Shown one piece after another: positions 39,182 through 49,157 of a stretch of 64,000 nucleotides of DNA. The notes beneath the pieces are model-generated. The model searched no databases. It worked only from the letters and a program-made list of their open reading frames with translations, and was not told the DNA's origin. The stretch's first letter is position 1, and each line of letters opens with the position of its first letter. This DNA is from an uncultured Candidatus Saccharibacteria bacterium (GTDB taxonomy: Bacteria > Patescibacteriota > Minisyncoccia > Phycocordibacterales > CALRHW01): positions 164,273 through 228,272 of the forward strand of contig CAYOUG010000001.1 of assembly GCA_964407105.1 (NCBI GenBank). The letters run 5' to 3'. Both the position numbers and the translations under genes were made by a program.

Positions 39182-39510
39182 TACATAAGACGAGCTTTGT
39201 GAAAAAGTTCCTCTATTTCAGACTGTAAAACAGCGAAGGTTATTTTATTAGCTCCTTGTTTTGCAGAAATAACAGTATGTGATGTTTTTTTTATTTGTGG
39301 CAATAGCACACGTATTACCGCATACACACGTCTACGCACTCTGTTTCTGTCTACAGCGCTCTGTGCAACCTTTTTTGAAACAAGAGCGGCATAACCCTCT
39401 TTGGAGGCCGAGATTGTTCGTAATAAGAAGTGGGGGGAATTTTGCAATAAACCCAAAGAAAGAATGCGTCCAAAAGAATCTCTAGGGATCCTTTTTTGTT
39501 TAGGTAGCAT
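39181..39510 (-). CDS. rnpA: ribonuclease P protein component
   Basis: 109 aa, basic; RNR motif region AVDRNRVRRRVYAV; located between rpmH and yidC. Confidence 0.8.
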   Translation of the reverse strand: MLPKQKRIPRDSFGRILSLGLLQNSPHFLLRTISASKEGYAALVSKKVAQSAVDRNRVRRRVYAVIRVLLPQIKKTSHTVISAKQGANKITFAVLQSEIEELFHKARLM

Positions 39511-39538
39511 ATATAAAAGGAGATTATGCTCTCAGGCC

Positions 39539-39673
39539 TTAAACCGTGAGTCTAGCTCGACCTTTTGCTCGTCTTCGATTGACGGTTTTTTTACCACCAG
39601 CCGTTCGTTTTCGCTTAAGAAAACCGTGTGATTTAGCGCGTTTTCGTTTTTTAGGATTATATGTAAAAGACAT
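39539..39673 (-). CDS. rpmH: 50S ribosomal protein L34
   Basis: Hand translation MSFTYNPKKRKRAKSHGFLKRKRTAGGKKTVNRRRAKGRARLTV (44 aa); not in the ORF table because it is shorter than 60 aa. Confidence 0.9.
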   Translation of the reverse strand: MSFTYNPKKRKRAKSHGFLKRKRTAGGKKTVNRRRAKGRARLTV

Positions 39674-39817
39674 ATGACAGGAGTATATAGGAGAAATTAT
39701 ATTTATTCAAGTAAAAGTCTATTTTTTTGTTATACACAAGATATGCACAGTGTATCAACATATTTGTACCTTAAATACAAGTACGAAGTGTTTACCTATC
39801 ATATATAATAGTTCGAT

Positions 39818-41173
39818 ATGGATAGTAAAAAAATCTGGGAGAGTGTACTTGTGGATATAGAAATTAATGTTTCTAAGGCAAATTTCAATACTTGGTTCAA
39901 AGATACTTATATATATAAATTTGAAGATGGGGTGGTGTATTTGAGTGTGCCAAATAATTTTGTAAAGGAGTGGCTTCTTAAAAAATTTCACTCATATATA
40001 TTAAAGGCTTTGCGCGGACTATCAGAAAACGTTCGGTCGCTTGACTATATAGTAAGTAGGGGAGATATAAAGAAAAAAGAACCTGATCACATAAAAGGAT
40101 TAAACACTTTAGCTGAAAGCACAAACGAACTACCTTTAAATGAATTTTATATCAACAAAGACGATAATTTGAATCCAAAATACACCTTTGATTCTTTTAT
40201 TATCGGCCCATTCAACGAACTTGCTCACGCAGCAGCGCAAGCGATTATTAAAAAACCAGGAATTGTTTATAATCCACTTTTTGTTTACGGCAACACCGGA
40301 CACGGAAAAACCCACCTTATACAAGCAATAGGTAACCACATGAAACATACTTATCCTGAACGTAAGATACATTACCTTACATCAGAAAAATTTGCTGTTG
40401 ATTATATAAATTCAGTTCAAAATCAAAAAGTAAACAATTTCAAAGAAAAATATAGAAAATATGACGTTCTTATAATGGACGATATTCAATTTCTTTCAAA
40501 TAAAGAGAGGACTCAGGAAGAATTATTCCATTTGTTTAATTTTCTCTACGACAACAATAAGCAAATTATTTTTTCTTCAGACAAACATCCAAACTATATT
40601 CCACAACTCGAGGAACGTCTTAAATCGCGCTTTGGTGCTGGTATGATAGTAGACATTCCTCCTCCAGACGAAGAATCACGCGCAGCTATTTTGACTGCAA
40701 AACTAAAACAACACAACCTAGAACTACCAAAAGAGGTGCTTGCTTATCTTGCACAAACACTTTCTACAAACATTAGAGAGCTTGAGGGTGCTTTAAATGG
40801 GGTAATGATGCAAATGCAACTAAAACAAAAAGAAGTTACTCTTAATGATGTAAAAAACCTTCTTAAAAACAACACAAAACCAAAGAAAAATCTTTCACCA
40901 AAAGAAATAATAAAAATAATCGCTGATTTTTATAATATCAATGAAGAAAGTATTTATGAAAAAACAAGAAAAAAGGAAATAATAAAACCACGCCAAATTA
41001 CTATGTATATTTTACGAGAAGATTTTAATATCTCTTACCCATCAATAGGGGAGAAAATGGGAGGGCGAGACCACACTACAGTTATTCATTCGTGTGAAAA
41101 AATAAAAAACGACCTTAAATTAAATACTGACTTGGCGCAGGAGATAAATCAGATTAGATCAATGTTTGTTTGA
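39818..41173 (+). CDS. dnaA: chromosomal replication initiator protein DnaA
   Basis: AAA+ Walker A GNTGHGKTHL, Walker B LIMDDIQF, sensor motifs and C-terminal DNA-binding domain. Confidence 0.95.
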   Translation: MDSKKIWESVLVDIEINVSKANFNTWFKDTYIYKFEDGVVYLSVPNNFVKEWLLKKFHSYILKALRGLSENVRSLDYIVSRGDIKKKEPDHIKGLNTLAESTNELPLNEFYINKDDNLNPKYTFDSFIIGPFNELAHAAAQAIIKKPGIVYNPLFVYGNTGHGKTHLIQAIGNHMKHTYPERKIHYLTSEKFAVDYINSVQNQKVNNFKEKYRKYDVLIMDDIQFLSNKERTQEELFHLFNFLYDNNKQIIFSSDKHPNYIPQLEERLKSRFGAGMIVDIPPPDEESRAAILTAKLKQHNLELPKEVLAYLAQTLSTNIRELEGALNGVMMQMQLKQKEVTLNDVKNLLKNNTKPKKNLSPKEIIKIIADFYNINEESIYEKTRKKEIIKPRQITMYILREDFNISYPSIGEKMGGRDHTTVIHSCEKIKNDLKLNTDLAQEINQIRSMFV

Positions 41174-41402
41174 TGTGTAAAACCTTGTGTATATAGTGTG
41201 GATAGGGATGAATAAGTGTGGATAAAAAAACAAATTATTTTTCAAAAACTACTTTATGAACAACCTATTAAAAACAATCCACAGTTCAATAATTGAAAAT
41301 AAAAAAAATACGGCTAATTATCGAGGTTTAAAAAGTTATCCAGATATCCACATCCCGTATAATAGTAATAGTATTTATATATAATATATACATACAACAT
41401 AT
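41174..41402. promoter_or_regulatory. candidate oriC: DnaA-box cluster plus an AT-rich unwinding element between dnaA and dnaN
   Basis: TGTGGATAG (41197), TGTGGATAA (41217), CAATCCACA (41275), TTATCCAGA (41336), ATATCCACA (41345), then a pure A/T tract at 41366-41400. Confidence 0.7.
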
Positions 41403-42503
41403 ATGAAAATAGAATGTCTTATCGAAAAATTAAATAAACATATAATGCAGGCTGAGCGTATTGCAGGTAAAAATCATTCACTACCAATTATTAATTGTAT
41501 TTTATTGGAAGCAACAAAAAACTCACTTCGTATTAGATCTACAAATCTTGATTTAGGTATAGAAATTACTGTGCCAGTAAAAGTATTAGAAGAGGGAAGT
41601 GTTGCTGTACCCGCTGGTATATTAGGTATGTTTTTATCGAGTTTACATACAGATAAAGCAGTAACACTAGAAACAAAAGATAATACTTTATTTGTTTTTT
41701 CTCAAAAAAATTCAACACAAATAAAAACCCAGTCAGTAGAAGATTTTCCAACATTACCAATGGTTTCAAATGAAAAACTATTTAAAATTAATCCACAAGA
41801 TTTTATAAATGGTTTAAAGTCGGTATGGTACAGCTCTTCAGTTTCAAGTATGAAATCTGAACTCTCAAGTGTTTATATTTACAGTGATGATGATAGTCTT
41901 GTTTTTGTTGCCACTGACTCATTTAGGCTTGCTGAGAAAAAAATAAAAAACCAGAAAATAAAAGAATTTAATCATCTTCTTATTCCTTTTAAAAACATTC
42001 CAGAAATAATTCGAGTACTTGAAAATACTTCAAATGAAGTGGAAATTTGTGTAGAAAAAAACCAAATATCTTTTACATACGAATACATATACCTTACTTC
42101 ACGTGTTATTGATGGTGTTTTTCCTGATTACAAACAAATTATCCCTAAAAATTTTACTACCGAAGTGGTAATGTTAAAACAAGATTTTGTAAATTCTCTT
42201 AAGACAGCAAATATTTTCTCAAACAAACTTAATCAGATAAACATAAAAGCATTACCGTCTAAAAAGATATTTGAACTTCAAACAAAAAATTCAGATATTG
42301 GAGAAAACACAAATAGTATTGATGCTGTTTTTATAGGTGAAGATATAGATATTAATTTTAATTATAAATATGTTGTTGATTGTCTCCAATCCATTGATTC
42401 AGAAAGTATTTCTTTAAATTTTACAGGAATGAATAAACCAATGGTGATATTTGGTGTTTCAGATAAATCATTTCTTTATCTTGTGATGCCTATGAATAGG
42501 TAG
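41403..42503 (+). CDS. dnaN: DNA polymerase III beta sliding clamp
   Basis: 366 aa with three-domain clamp architecture; conserved N-terminus MKIECLIEKL.. Confidence 0.9.
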   Translation: MKIECLIEKLNKHIMQAERIAGKNHSLPIINCILLEATKNSLRIRSTNLDLGIEITVPVKVLEEGSVAVPAGILGMFLSSLHTDKAVTLETKDNTLFVFSQKNSTQIKTQSVEDFPTLPMVSNEKLFKINPQDFINGLKSVWYSSSVSSMKSELSSVYIYSDDDSLVFVATDSFRLAEKKIKNQKIKEFNHLLIPFKNIPEIIRVLENTSNEVEICVEKNQISFTYEYIYLTSRVIDGVFPDYKQIIPKNFTTEVVMLKQDFVNSLKTANIFSNKLNQINIKALPSKKIFELQTKNSDIGENTNSIDAVFIGEDIDINFNYKYVVDCLQSIDSESISLNFTGMNKPMVIFGVSDKSFLYLVMPMNR

Positions 42504-42508
42504 ATTTT

Positions 42509-42763
42509 ATGGAAAATATCACTTCTTTTTTACAAAAATTCAAAAAAATACTTTCTTCTCAAGGTGCTCACGCGTATGTATTTATTGAAATTGTAAAAGA
42601 CGAGCTTGGTATTAAGTTACAAAAAAAAGATGTGAGTGTTCGAGGTAATGTGATTTATGTTCGTGTTTCTCCAGCATCAAAAAATACAATATTTTTAAAA
42701 AAGAAGAAAATACTCGATCTACTCACAGAACAGGCTGGTCGCCACGTCACCGATATTCGCTAA
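42509..42763 (+). CDS. small conserved protein after dnaN, possibly DciA/DUF721-like
   Basis: 84 aa; context only (genes of this size after dnaN are often DUF721). Confidence 0.3.
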   Translation: MENITSFLQKFKKILSSQGAHAYVFIEIVKDELGIKLQKKDVSVRGNVIYVRVSPASKNTIFLKKKKILDLLTEQAGRHVTDIR

Positions 42764-42765
42764 GG

Positions 42766-45255
42766 CTACTTGTTTATTTCAAATACGACAAAATCTTCAT
42801 CTTTATTAAACACTTCGTCGTACACCACTATTTTGAGCTCATTGTTTCCGTTTTTAATAAAATCAAGATCGTTGGGAACAAAAGAAATAGTAAAAGGAGA
42901 TTTTGTGTTTACACCAACCACGTTTCCGTTTATATAATATTCTATTTTTTGAATAGGGAATTCTCCGGAATATTCTATTGATGTGTTTATTTTTTTATCA
43001 CTATCATATTTTTTGTTTTTTTGAGGAGTTTCAATTGAAATGTTCGGCATATTTTCTGGAGTGTGCACATCGTCATATTTTGTTGGTTTTGATACGTCTG
43101 ATTCATTGATATTGTTTTCTTCAACCCATTTACGAACACCATACTCCCAGTTTTTAAATTGAGGATCGTCGTCCGGGTTGCTTGGTATTGGTCCGCGAGG
43201 ATTATTTTTGTCTACCCAATAAAGAATAGAGTGAACAGTACCAGTAACCACCTCTTTTTGTGTTTCTGGTGGAGTGTATTCTGTTGCGAGTTTTCCAGAT
43301 ACGGTATCAATCGAATATGTTTCGCCACCCTGCCATTTGTCACGAAGAATTGGTTTTTGATCACTTAAATCCTCAACAAAAGGCGCTTCAAATTTTTCAT
43401 TCGGATAATTCTCAAGAGCTTTACTCATTATTTTGTTCCAATATGGAGCAATAATGTAACCAGCCACCTTTTTGTCCATCGGAGTGTTATTGTTGTTACC
43501 AACCCACCCGCCAATAACCAAACTTGGTGTGTAACCAACAATCCAAGCATCTTTGTAGTCATTGGTAGTACCTGTTTTTACAGCCACATCACGATTTGGA
43601 ATATACAGAGATGAGTGTGCTCCAAAAATTGGTGCACGCGCTTCATCGTCTGAAAGAATATTAGAAATTTGTAACGCTACATTTTTGTCTAATACATTTG
43701 TTGGGGTTTGTTCAGTTTTTGTGATAACACCAGTGTCTTTGTCTGTAATTTCAAGAATTGTTTTATATGGATAACGCACCCCATTGTTTGCAAAAACACC
43801 ATAAGCGCTTGTCATATCTACAAGCGACACCTCACCACCTCCAAGCACAAGAGTGAGCCCGTATTGATCTATGTTTCCAAGAGTGCTGATACCCATATCT
43901 TTTGCAAAACGAAGAGTATCGCGCATACCAGCAAGATAAAGTGTTTTTATGGCTGGAATGTTTATCGATTGGGCAAGAGCGTTGCGCATTGTCATTGGTC
44001 CGCGAAAATTACCAGTATAATTTATTGGCGCATAACATCCGTCACCGTTTTTCATATCATCTGGTTTGCAGGTTGTTGAAAATTGAGTTTTAACATCAAA
44101 AAGCACAGTGCTTGGAGTGAATCCTTTTGTAAATGCTGTTGCGTATGCAAATGGTTTGAAGGCAGATCCAGGTTGTCTTTTAGCTAGTGCAATATTAAAA
44201 TTACCGTCTATTGTGGTGTCAAAGTAGTCTCTAGAGCCTACCATTGCTAAGACATCTCCATTTTTAGGGTCGATTGCTACAGTCGCAATATTTTCAGCTT
44301 GGTGTGTTTTTGCGTTTGCAAGCGCATACTCTTTTGCCTCTTTTTCTATCATTTCTTGAAGTTTGTAGTCGAGTGTGGTGATTACTTTAAGTCCACCTTG
44401 TTCTAAAACCTCTTTCCCGTATTGTTTTTCAAGTAAATCTTTTACAAACATCACAAAATGCGGTGCTTTTATTCCCGACTCCTCTTGAGTTTTAAAAACA
44501 ACAACTTCGTTTTTTGCTTGATTAAATTCTGTTTCGTTTATATAACCCTGATTTTTCATTTCTTCAAGGACAACATTTTTTCTTTCATCTAAGGCGGTGC
44601 GATTTTTGTATGGAGAATAGTATGATGGAGCTTTTGGAAGGGAAGCGAGGTATGCCGCTTCTGCTATGGTTATATCTTTTGATTTTTTGCCAAAAAACGC
44701 ACTACTTGCTTCTTCGACACCATAAATACTACCGCCGTAAGGAATTTCATTTAGATACATTGCCAGTATTTCGTCTTTTGTGAGAATTTTTTCAAGTTTA
44801 ATAGCAAGCACCCACTCTTTTATTTTTCGTGAAATACTTTTTTCACCAGTGAGTAAGGAATTTTTTACTACTTGTTGTGTAATGGTTGATCCACCCTGAC
44901 TAAATTGAAGTGTTTTTAGGTTTGCAAATATTGCACGAATAAAAGAAGAAGGTTTTACACCATGATGTGTATAAAATTCTTTATCTTCAATTGCAATTGA
45001 AGCGTGTTTTATGTGGTCTGAAATTTGGTCAAGAGGCACCACCGTGCGACGAATATTTTGATATACATCATAAAGAAGTACTTCGCCTGTGCGATCATAA
45101 ATTTTTGTTGATTGAGAAACTTTACGCTCTTGAAAAGAGTCTAGGGTGGGTAGTTTGAATGTTGAAATCCAAAGTAAAAAAATGGAGATGAAAATGATAA
45201 ATGCGCCAGATCCTAAAAATACAATATTTTTAATTAGACGAGTTTTCTTTTTCAT
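42766..45255 (-). CDS. class A penicillin-binding protein (transglycosylase/transpeptidase) with a C-terminal extension
   Basis: N-terminal TM helix; GT51 motifs (EDKEFYTHHG, GGSTITQQ) and transpeptidase SxxK/SxN/KTG (KTGTT) motifs. Confidence 0.85.
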   Translation of the reverse strand: MKKKTRLIKNIVFLGSGAFIIFISIFLLWISTFKLPTLDSFQERKVSQSTKIYDRTGEVLLYDVYQNIRRTVVPLDQISDHIKHASIAIEDKEFYTHHGVKPSSFIRAIFANLKTLQFSQGGSTITQQVVKNSLLTGEKSISRKIKEWVLAIKLEKILTKDEILAMYLNEIPYGGSIYGVEEASSAFFGKKSKDITIAEAAYLASLPKAPSYYSPYKNRTALDERKNVVLEEMKNQGYINETEFNQAKNEVVVFKTQEESGIKAPHFVMFVKDLLEKQYGKEVLEQGGLKVITTLDYKLQEMIEKEAKEYALANAKTHQAENIATVAIDPKNGDVLAMVGSRDYFDTTIDGNFNIALAKRQPGSAFKPFAYATAFTKGFTPSTVLFDVKTQFSTTCKPDDMKNGDGCYAPINYTGNFRGPMTMRNALAQSINIPAIKTLYLAGMRDTLRFAKDMGISTLGNIDQYGLTLVLGGGEVSLVDMTSAYGVFANNGVRYPYKTILEITDKDTGVITKTEQTPTNVLDKNVALQISNILSDDEARAPIFGAHSSLYIPNRDVAVKTGTTNDYKDAWIVGYTPSLVIGGWVGNNNNTPMDKKVAGYIIAPYWNKIMSKALENYPNEKFEAPFVEDLSDQKPILRDKWQGGETYSIDTVSGKLATEYTPPETQKEVVTGTVHSILYWVDKNNPRGPIPSNPDDDPQFKNWEYGVRKWVEENNINESDVSKPTKYDDVHTPENMPNISIETPQKNKKYDSDKKINTSIEYSGEFPIQKIEYYINGNVVGVNTKSPFTISFVPNDLDFIKNGNNELKIVVYDEVFNKDEDFVVFEINK

Positions 45256-45331
45256 TTGTTTATTTTATCATAACGGACACAAGAGTATATGGATTCCAAA
45301 AACAACGCAAATATGATACATTTACGTCATT

Positions 45332-46549
45332 ATGAAACTGTTTGGTGCTAGAAAAGTTAATACAGACAAAGACGCTATTCGTGAGCTACTTACTCGTGGT
45401 GTAGAAGAGATTTTTGTAAAAGAAAGTTTGGAAAAAAAGCTTTTTTCAGGCAAACCCCTTAGAATAAAACTCGGCTTTGATCCTACTGGCTCGAATATTC
45501 ATATCGGTCGTGCTGTGGTGCTTCGAAAACTTCGTGAGTTTCAAAATCTTGGACACACCATCGTTTTTATTATTGGTGATTTTACCGCGCAAATAGGCGA
45601 CCCATCAGACAAACTTTCAAAACGTCCGATGCTTTCTAGTGCTGAGATTAAAAAAAATCTAAATCAATATAAAGCACAGGTTGGTAAAATTATCGATCTT
45701 TCTCGAGTGGAGTTTCATTACAACAGTAAATGGCTTTCAAAACTTACTTTTCAGGAGATAAGTAGTTTGGCAGAAAGTTTTTCTGTACAACAGATGTCGA
45801 ATCGTAGAAATTTTAAAGAGCGTCTTGATCGTGGAGAAGAGGTTTCTTTGCGAGAGTTTTTATACCCACTTATGCAGGGTTATGATTCGGTGATGGTAAA
45901 AGCAGATGTTGAAATAGGTGGTTTTGACCAACTTTTTAATCTTAAAGCTGGAAGAACTATTCAAAAACACTACAACATGCCTGAGCAGGATGTGCTCATT
46001 ACCAAAATGCTTGAGGGCACTGATGGGAGAAAAATGTCTACAAGCTGGGGTAATGTAATTAATGTTGTTGATGACGCCAAAAATATGTTTGGAAAAATTA
46101 TGTCGATACGCGACAATCTTATTACGCAATATTTTCTACTTTGTACAGATGTACCAGAAGGTGAAATTGGAGCGATAGAAAAAAGTTTTGAATTTGGAGC
46201 AAATCCACGCGATATAAAAATGAAGCTCGCCACACAAATTGTAACCATTTATCATGGTTCGGCCTCAGCCCAAAAAGCAAAAGAAGATTTTATCAATACA
46301 TTTCAGAAAGGTGCAATTCCTGACGATATTCAGGAACTGTCTTTAGCACCAAATACACCTTTGGTAGATGCGCTACTTGTTGCTGGGGTAGTAAAATCAA
46401 AATCAGATTGGCGACGACTTGTAAAAGAAGGTGCAGTGCAAACAATGGACGATAAAACGATTATTTTAGACCCGGCTTTTACTGTATGGAAAGATGTTGT
46501 AATAAAAATAGGGAAGTTGCGTTTCGTTAAAATAAAAATTATTTCATAA
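45332..46549 (+). CDS. tyrS: tyrosine--tRNA ligase
   Basis: HIGH-type motif GSNIHIGR, KMSKS-type motif KMSTS, C-terminal S4 domain. Confidence 0.85.
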   Translation: MKLFGARKVNTDKDAIRELLTRGVEEIFVKESLEKKLFSGKPLRIKLGFDPTGSNIHIGRAVVLRKLREFQNLGHTIVFIIGDFTAQIGDPSDKLSKRPMLSSAEIKKNLNQYKAQVGKIIDLSRVEFHYNSKWLSKLTFQEISSLAESFSVQQMSNRRNFKERLDRGEEVSLREFLYPLMQGYDSVMVKADVEIGGFDQLFNLKAGRTIQKHYNMPEQDVLITKMLEGTDGRKMSTSWGNVINVVDDAKNMFGKIMSIRDNLITQYFLLCTDVPEGEIGAIEKSFEFGANPRDIKMKLATQIVTIYHGSASAQKAKEDFINTFQKGAIPDDIQELSLAPNTPLVDALLVAGVVKSKSDWRRLVKEGAVQTMDDKTIILDPAFTVWKDVVIKIGKLRFVKIKIIS

Positions 46550-46560
46550 TTTTTGGGTTA

Positions 46561-46597
46561 CAAACAAAAAAGAGCCGAAAGGCCCTTTTTTGTTTGT
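46561..46597. terminator. bidirectional intrinsic terminator after tyrS
   Basis: CAAACAAAAAAGAGCC-gaaa-GGCCCTTTTTTTGTTTG. Confidence 0.75.
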
Positions 46598-46843
46598 TTA
46601 TATTGCTTCATCAATTCCCAAACCACCCACTTCTTCTTCCTCTTCTTCCAAATCGACTTCTTCTTCCACTTCCTCATCATCAACTTCCATAGGGTCTTTT
46701 TCGTCTTCCATATTTTAAAAAATTATTTATAAAAACCCACGTTGTTTCTATTTATTTCTCGTGGACCCCCTATTTGTATCAAATCTCGAATTTTTTGCAA
46801 ATTTTTTCTTTAGAATATGTGGATAATAATTAGAAAATATAAT

Positions 46844-47350
46844 TTATCTTGATAAAAATTGTTTGGATGCTATGTGTGTAAGCCCCACCGCAATAGCGTC
46901 GAATTCATCATCAACTGTTTTTTTCTGTTTTATTTCTATAAGCTTTTTTACCATAAGAGTCACCTGATCTTTTGTGCTTCTTCCGTAGCCAGTTACTGCC
47001 ACTTTTATTTCCAGTGGAGTGTATTCATATATTTCAAGATCAGCTTGCGCCGCTTCATAAATTATTACACCGCGAGCCTCCGCTACTTTTATTACTGTTG
47101 TTTGGTTTGAATTAAAAAAAAGCTGTTCTATTGCCATGTCGGTGGGGGAATATTTGTTTATAACACGTCGAATTTCTTTACCAAGAAGAGCGAGGCGTTT
47201 GTCGTGACTGAGTTTTGCTGATGTATTAAAACATTCAGAAAAAATTAAACAATCTTTTGATTGTAAATTTTTTTCTAGAACAGCAATACCTGTGCGTTCA
47301 TAACCCGGATCTATTGAAATGACACAATATTTTTTTTGTTTACTCGGCAT
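46844..47350 (-). CDS. ruvC: crossover junction endodeoxyribonuclease RuvC
   Basis: ISIDPGYERTGIAV start and RNase-H-like fold motifs. Confidence 0.85.
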   Translation of the reverse strand: MPSKQKKYCVISIDPGYERTGIAVLEKNLQSKDCLIFSECFNTSAKLSHDKRLALLGKEIRRVINKYSPTDMAIEQLFFNSNQTTVIKVAEARGVIIYEAAQADLEIYEYTPLEIKVAVTGYGRSTKDQVTLMVKKLIEIKQKKTVDDEFDAIAVGLTHIASKQFLSR

Positions 47351-47867
47351 TTGTATATACAGCCTGCACCTCGTCGTTGTCTTCGAGTTCGGTAATCAAT
47401 GTATCAAGTGTTTTCGCTTCTTCTTCTGAAATCGGTGTGGTGTTTTTTGGAATCCAAACACCCGCTGTTTTTTCAAAAGCCCACGTGGCCGAACCTATAC
47501 CTGCGAGTGTACAACCATGATTTGAAAGAATGTGTTTTATTTCCTGTGTTGCTTTGTTGTGGTTGTCAGTAAGGGCTTCAATAACAAGCGCACAACCTCC
47601 CGGGCCATAACTTTCATATACAACATGATCTAAATCTACAGCTTGGCTTGTTGCTTTTTTAATAGCGCGTTCGATATTTTCACTTGGCATGTTTTCGGCA
47701 CGAGCGCGTTCGATAATGGTTTTTAGTGTTGGTGAATTAATATTGCCATTACTTTTTTTTGCTTCCTGAGTAATGAGTTTTGCAAATTTAGCAAAAACTT
47801 TACTTTTCTGTCCGTCAGTTTTCTCTTTCTGTCTTTTTATTTGTGACCATTTATTATGTCCTGACAT
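47340..47867 (-). CDS. yebC: YebC/PmpR-family transcriptional regulator (short form)
   Basis: MSGHNKWSQIKRQK YebC N-terminal signature; sits between ruvC and ruvB. Confidence 0.8.
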   Translation of the reverse strand: MSGHNKWSQIKRQKEKTDGQKSKVFAKFAKLITQEAKKSNGNINSPTLKTIIERARAENMPSENIERAIKKATSQAVDLDHVVYESYGPGGCALVIEALTDNHNKATQEIKHILSNHGCTLAGIGSATWAFEKTAGVWIPKNTTPISEEEAKTLDTLITELEDNDEVQAVYTNAE

Positions 47868-47876
47868 GGTATTTTT

Positions 47877-48953
47877 TTATAATAATTTTTTAGTTTTTCC
47901 ATCTTTTGGTAATACACCAATGTGTTCATATCCAGCATCTGTCACCACTCTACCACGCGGTGTGCGCTCTAGAAAACCCACCTGAAGAAGGTATGGCTCA
48001 TTAAATTCTTCTATCGTAGCCTGCTCTTCGGAGAGAGAGGCGGCGAGAGTATTTAAACCCACAGGACCCCCTTTAAATTTTTCGGCAATTGTTTGAAGAA
48101 TCGTGCGATCAGATGGTGAAAGACCTACGTGGTCGATACCAAGAAGCACAAGAGCCTGATCAACAATATCTTTTGTAAGTGACCGTTTGTGGACTTGTGC
48201 AAAATCTCGACAGCGTTTCAAAAAATAATTGGCGGTGCGTGGTGTAAAACGACTTCGTTTTGCGATCTCCGTAACCGCTGTTTTTTCTGCTTCTATGCCA
48301 AGAATTTTTGCTGAACGCTGTATAATTTCTTCAATTTCACTTTGGGTGTAATATTCAAGTCTAAAAATACCACCAGAAAAACGTGAGCGAAGAGGAGAGG
48401 AAATGAGAGCTACGCGAGTGGTTGCGGCAATAAGTGTGAAAAGTGGAAGTTCTAGCTGAACGGTGCGTGCTGAAGGACCTTTACCGATAATAATGTCGAG
48501 TACACCGGATTCCATCGCTGGATAAAGCACTTCTTCAATAGCTTTGTTGAGTCGATGAATTTCATCGATAAATAATATGTCGCCAACAGAAAGATTTGTG
48601 AGAATTGAAGCAAGATCACCCACTTTTTCAATGGCAGGACCAGACGTGATTTTTATTTGCGCACCAGTTTCTTTTGCAATGAGATGGGCGAGGGTTGTTT
48701 TGCCGAGTCCAGGTGGACCGTAAAAAAGAATATGTTCCGGTGGATGGTTTCGTTCACGAGCTGCGGTAAGAAGGATGTGGAGATTATCTTTTATGTTTTT
48801 CTGTCCAATATATTCATGCCATTTTGACGGTCGGAGAGTATGATCTAGAGAGGAGGCATCTTTTTCTGTATCCATTAATCCGGTGTCATCGAGCGGTTTT
48901 GCTGTTTTTGATGATAGCTTCTTCATGAAATCATTATATACAAAAACCCCCAC
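47877..48953 (-). CDS. ruvB: Holliday junction branch migration helicase RuvB
   Basis: LRPSKWHEYIGQ.., GPPGLGKTTLA Walker A, sensor motifs; alternative start at 48926. Confidence 0.9.
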   Translation of the reverse strand: MGVFVYNDFMKKLSSKTAKPLDDTGLMDTEKDASSLDHTLRPSKWHEYIGQKNIKDNLHILLTAARERNHPPEHILFYGPPGLGKTTLAHLIAKETGAQIKITSGPAIEKVGDLASILTNLSVGDILFIDEIHRLNKAIEEVLYPAMESGVLDIIIGKGPSARTVQLELPLFTLIAATTRVALISSPLRSRFSGGIFRLEYYTQSEIEEIIQRSAKILGIEAEKTAVTEIAKRSRFTPRTANYFLKRCRDFAQVHKRSLTKDIVDQALVLLGIDHVGLSPSDRTILQTIAEKFKGGPVGLNTLAASLSEEQATIEEFNEPYLLQVGFLERTPRGRVVTDAGYEHIGVLPKDGKTKKLL

Positions 48954-49058
48954 GCTAGACAGCTGTTATGCATTACGCTAATGATGTATTGACAAATACA
49001 TCAAATTATGCTATACTCTACGTTAGAAATACCTTGAAATTAAATGTGTGTTGAGATG

Positions 49059-49110
49059 TTTGCCACAACGGAAAATGGCTTGAAAATAAGCTATTTTCCG
49101 TTGTGGCAAA
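49059..49110. promoter_or_regulatory. 52-bp palindrome (perfect 18-bp arms) upstream of the GC-rich ORF; candidate operator
   Basis: TTTGCCACAACGGAAAAT-ggcttgaaaataagct-ATTTTCCGTTGTGGCAAA, about 50 nt upstream of the ATG at 49158. Confidence 0.4.
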
Positions 49111-49157
49111 CCAATGTGGTTAAGCCAACAAACAGCACTTCAGAAAGGAAAAGTCAC

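Noticed and set aside
39674-39817. DnaA boxes upstream of dnaA as the main origin
   Set aside because: Only one 8/9 box (TTATACACA at about 39739); the dnaA-dnaN spacer has the dense cluster.
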